Shown: positions 7,755-9,734 of the stretch, in pieces
Layout: each line of letters opens with the position of its first letter
Numbering within the stretch: position 1 is the stretch's first letter
NCBI RefSeq assembly: GCF_006345805.1
Contig: NW_021827452.1
Coordinates: 1-9,734, forward strand
Direction of reading: 5' to 3'
DNA: 9,734 nt
Origin: Octopus sinensis
Taxonomy: Eukaryota
Translations under genes and position numbers: made by a program
Notes under the pieces: generated by a model
What the model was told of the DNA's origin: nothing
Database searches by the model: none
The model's input: the letters and a program-made list of their open reading frames with translations, nothing else

Positions 7755-8053
7755 GAGAGGCACATGGCCTAGTGGTTAGTGCAGCGGACTCGCAGTCGAG
7801 GGATCGCGGGTTGGAATCTCACACCGGGCGATATATGTGTTTATGAGCGAAACACCCAAGCTCCACGCGGCTCCGGCAGAAGGTTAAGGGCGAACTTCTG
7901 CTGACTATTTCGCCACAATTTTCACTTTTTTCCTCCTGCATCTAGCAGCTCACATGCAACGGACCGGCGTCCCGTCCAGGTGAGGAACCTATACGCCAAT
8001 GGAAATGGGAAACCGGCCCTTATGAACTCGAGAAGGAACAAACAGCAACAACA
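7755..8053 (+). mobile_element. tRNA-derived SINE sharing the family B head but with a different 3' half and an (AAC)n tail
   Basis: A box TGGCCTAGTGG at 7765-7775; degenerate B box GGTTGGAATCTC at 7809-7820. GCAGCGGACTCGC, ACCGGGCG and GCTCCACG.GGCTCCGGCAG are shared with 2498-2889. Ends GAGAAGGAACAAACAGCAACAACA. Confidence 0.88.
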
Positions 8054-8091
8054 TTGTATGGAAGGTCGGTACATCAATAAATAGTAAAAAT

Positions 8092-8288
8092 TAACTGTAT
8101 ATACAAAGGACCACTGATGCGGTCACAGGAGTGTGACGAAAGAACTCTGGCCGAAATAAGATTAAGATTAATGTAAAAATAAATATCACTGAAGCAATAT
8201 AACACCAAATATATAGTGCGTGTGTTTTTATTGGCTAAACTGGCAATATGACCATTCCGAAATATAACAATAACTGTATATACTCAGG
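8092..8288 (+). mobile_element. Putative small hammerhead-bearing element (Penelope pseudo-LTR or retrozyme-like monomer), 179-bp period
   Basis: Direct repeat TAACTGTATATAC-NN-AGG at 8092-8109 and 8271-8288 (16/18 identical), a hammerhead fold at 8108-8152, and AATAAA at 8178-8183. Confidence 0.5.
8108..8152 (+). ncRNA. Minimal type I hammerhead ribozyme fold with a core substitution (A9 to C)
   Basis: Stem I: GG(A)CCA 8108-8113 with TGGCC 8148-8152. Core: CTGATGC 8114-8120 plus an extra G. Stem II: GTCACA 8122-8127, GGAG loop, TGTGAC 8132-8137. Then GAAA 8138-8141, a 2-bp stem III (AG-aa-CT), and the NUH triplet CTC at 8145-8147. Confidence 0.65.
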
Positions 8289-9019
8289 TATTTGAGAAGC
8301 ACATATTGTAGCGAACCCAGGAGAGTAAAATGGAAACCCAGTAATGGTCAGATGGGAACTCAGAACATAAACATTTTAAACCGAATACTCCAAGTTATTA
8401 ATCGCTTTATGACTAAATCTTCCAATGTCTATGTTCACGTGATAGAATTATGCTAAGTATAACGATATCTACCGGTTTCATTGAACTTTATTCCTATTTG
8501 AAATGTAAAATATATTTATCTTTAGTATAGTTTTCAATTAATCTCACGTAGGATCCATTTTTATGAAGATATCTTCAGTTCTATTTCTGCGCTTCAACAT
8601 GATGTGCTTAAAATATATTTAAATCTAAAACGTATTATATGTAATGACATTTTTATAGCTTGCTGCGTATGATTTAAGCTATGTTGCAATAATGTCGTAT
8701 CGGAGTATTTGCTATATGCATAAAAATATATATAATTGTTGCTTGGATTAATATACATTTATGTTATTAGTGTTTACGCCAAGAAATAAAATCCCGCGTT
8801 ATTCCATATTCATTTAAAATTTCATCGTATTAATTTTATTTAGATTATATAATATATAACCCATTTATACACGATTAACTTTACGTTGACGACGCCTATT
8901 ATAAATGAAAATATGTTGTTTTCAGAGTTACACAAATGAAAGTTAGTAAAATTAAGTCCTAAAGGTGGCCACCATAGGGAAGCTGTCAAAACACTCTGTT
9001 TTATTACATTTTTCATTCT

Positions 9020-9422
9020 GGCGCAGGAGTGGCTGTGTGGTAAGTAGCCTGCTAACCAACCACATGGTTCCGGGTTCAGTCCCACTGCGTGGCATCTTGG
9101 GCAAGTGTCTTCTGCTATAGCCCCGGGCCGACCAATGCCTTGTGAGTGGATTTGGTAGACGGAAACTGAAAGAAGCCTGTCGTATATTGTATATATATAT
9201 GTATATGTGTGTGTTATTGGGTGTCTTGTTTGTCCCCCCTATCATTGCTTGACAACCGATGCTGGTGTGTTAACGTCCCCGTCACTTAGCGGTTCGGCAA
9301 AAGAGACCGATAGAAAGTACTGTCTTACAAAGTAAGTCCTGGGGTTATTTGGTTCCATTAAAGGCGGTGCTCCAGCATGGCCGCAGTCAAATGACTGAAA
9401 CAAGTAAAAGAGTAAAAGAGTA
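9020..9422 (+). mobile_element. tRNA-derived SINE (third family), full length, about 400 bp, with an internal TA/TG microsatellite
   Basis: A box TGGCTGTGTGG at 9030-9040; B box GGTTCAGTCCC at 9073-9083; internal (TA)/(TG) tract at about 9184-9215; tandem tail AGTAAAAG-AGTAAAAG-AGTA. I recognise it from memory as a very abundant octopus SINE. Confidence 0.88.
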
Positions 9423-9432
9423 TCACTTCCAA

Positions 9433-9496
9433 GGCGCTTGGCTCAGTGGTTAGAGTGTCGGGCTCACAAACATGAGGCAGTGAGTTCGATTCGGAC
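9433..9496 (+). mobile_element. tRNA-like SINE head fragment (fourth type), 3'-truncated
   Basis: A box TGGCTCAGTGG at 9439-9449 and B box GAGTTCGATTC at 9482-9492. The anticodon and acceptor stems do not pair, so this is not a tRNA gene. Confidence 0.7.
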
Positions 9497-9734
9497 GGGT
9501 GGATGGATGAAAGAAGAAGACAACAGTGAATGAATGAGAATTAGAAGAAGGGTGATTCACTCGGTTTTGTAACCCAAAGTTATTCAACAATTTCGGCGGA
9601 GCAACAACCGCGGAAATACTTATAAAACAGAGAGAAAGAAGGCAAAATGTTCGTGATGAGAGAGAAACAGAATGTGCTAGAAGCTTGCTTTCCAGCTCGA
9701 TCAAGAATATTGATACTACGAGCATGAATATAAG

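Noticed and set aside
8355-8372. GAACTCAGAACATAAAC, the reverse complement of the family A B-box region
   Set aside because: Too short, and the similarity does not extend on either side.

Overview
This is AT-rich eukaryotic non-coding DNA (intron or intergenic), most likely from an octopus. That assignment comes from my recognition of the SINE families and the microsatellite landscape, not from a search. No protein-coding gene is supportable: nearly all listed ORFs are translations of simple repeats or of SINE sequence. Layout: (i) 0.4-0.8 kb holds an old SINE and (TACA)n/(TA)n tracts. (ii) About 1.15-5.15 kb is a polarised ACN-triplet array that goes from (ACT/GCT)n to (ACC)n. It is interrupted by a minus-strand tRNA-derived SINE and contains a 208-bp minisatellite with 7 full units plus two partial ones; each unit has a TAG in its Thr-rich frame plus one extra base. 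(iii) 5.4-6.0 kb is dinucleotide and trinucleotide microsatellites. (iv) 6.05-8.05 kb is a nest of SINE copies, including two dimeric copies in inverted orientation and one monomer apparently split across strands. (v) There are two Penelope-type hammerhead ribozyme motifs: a 3'-truncated one at 7321-7357 and a complete type I fold at 8108-8152 inside a 179-bp terminally redundant unit. (vi) Two more tRNA-derived SINEs lie at 9.0-9.5 kb. The hammerhead-bearing 179-bp unit is the most interesting signal.
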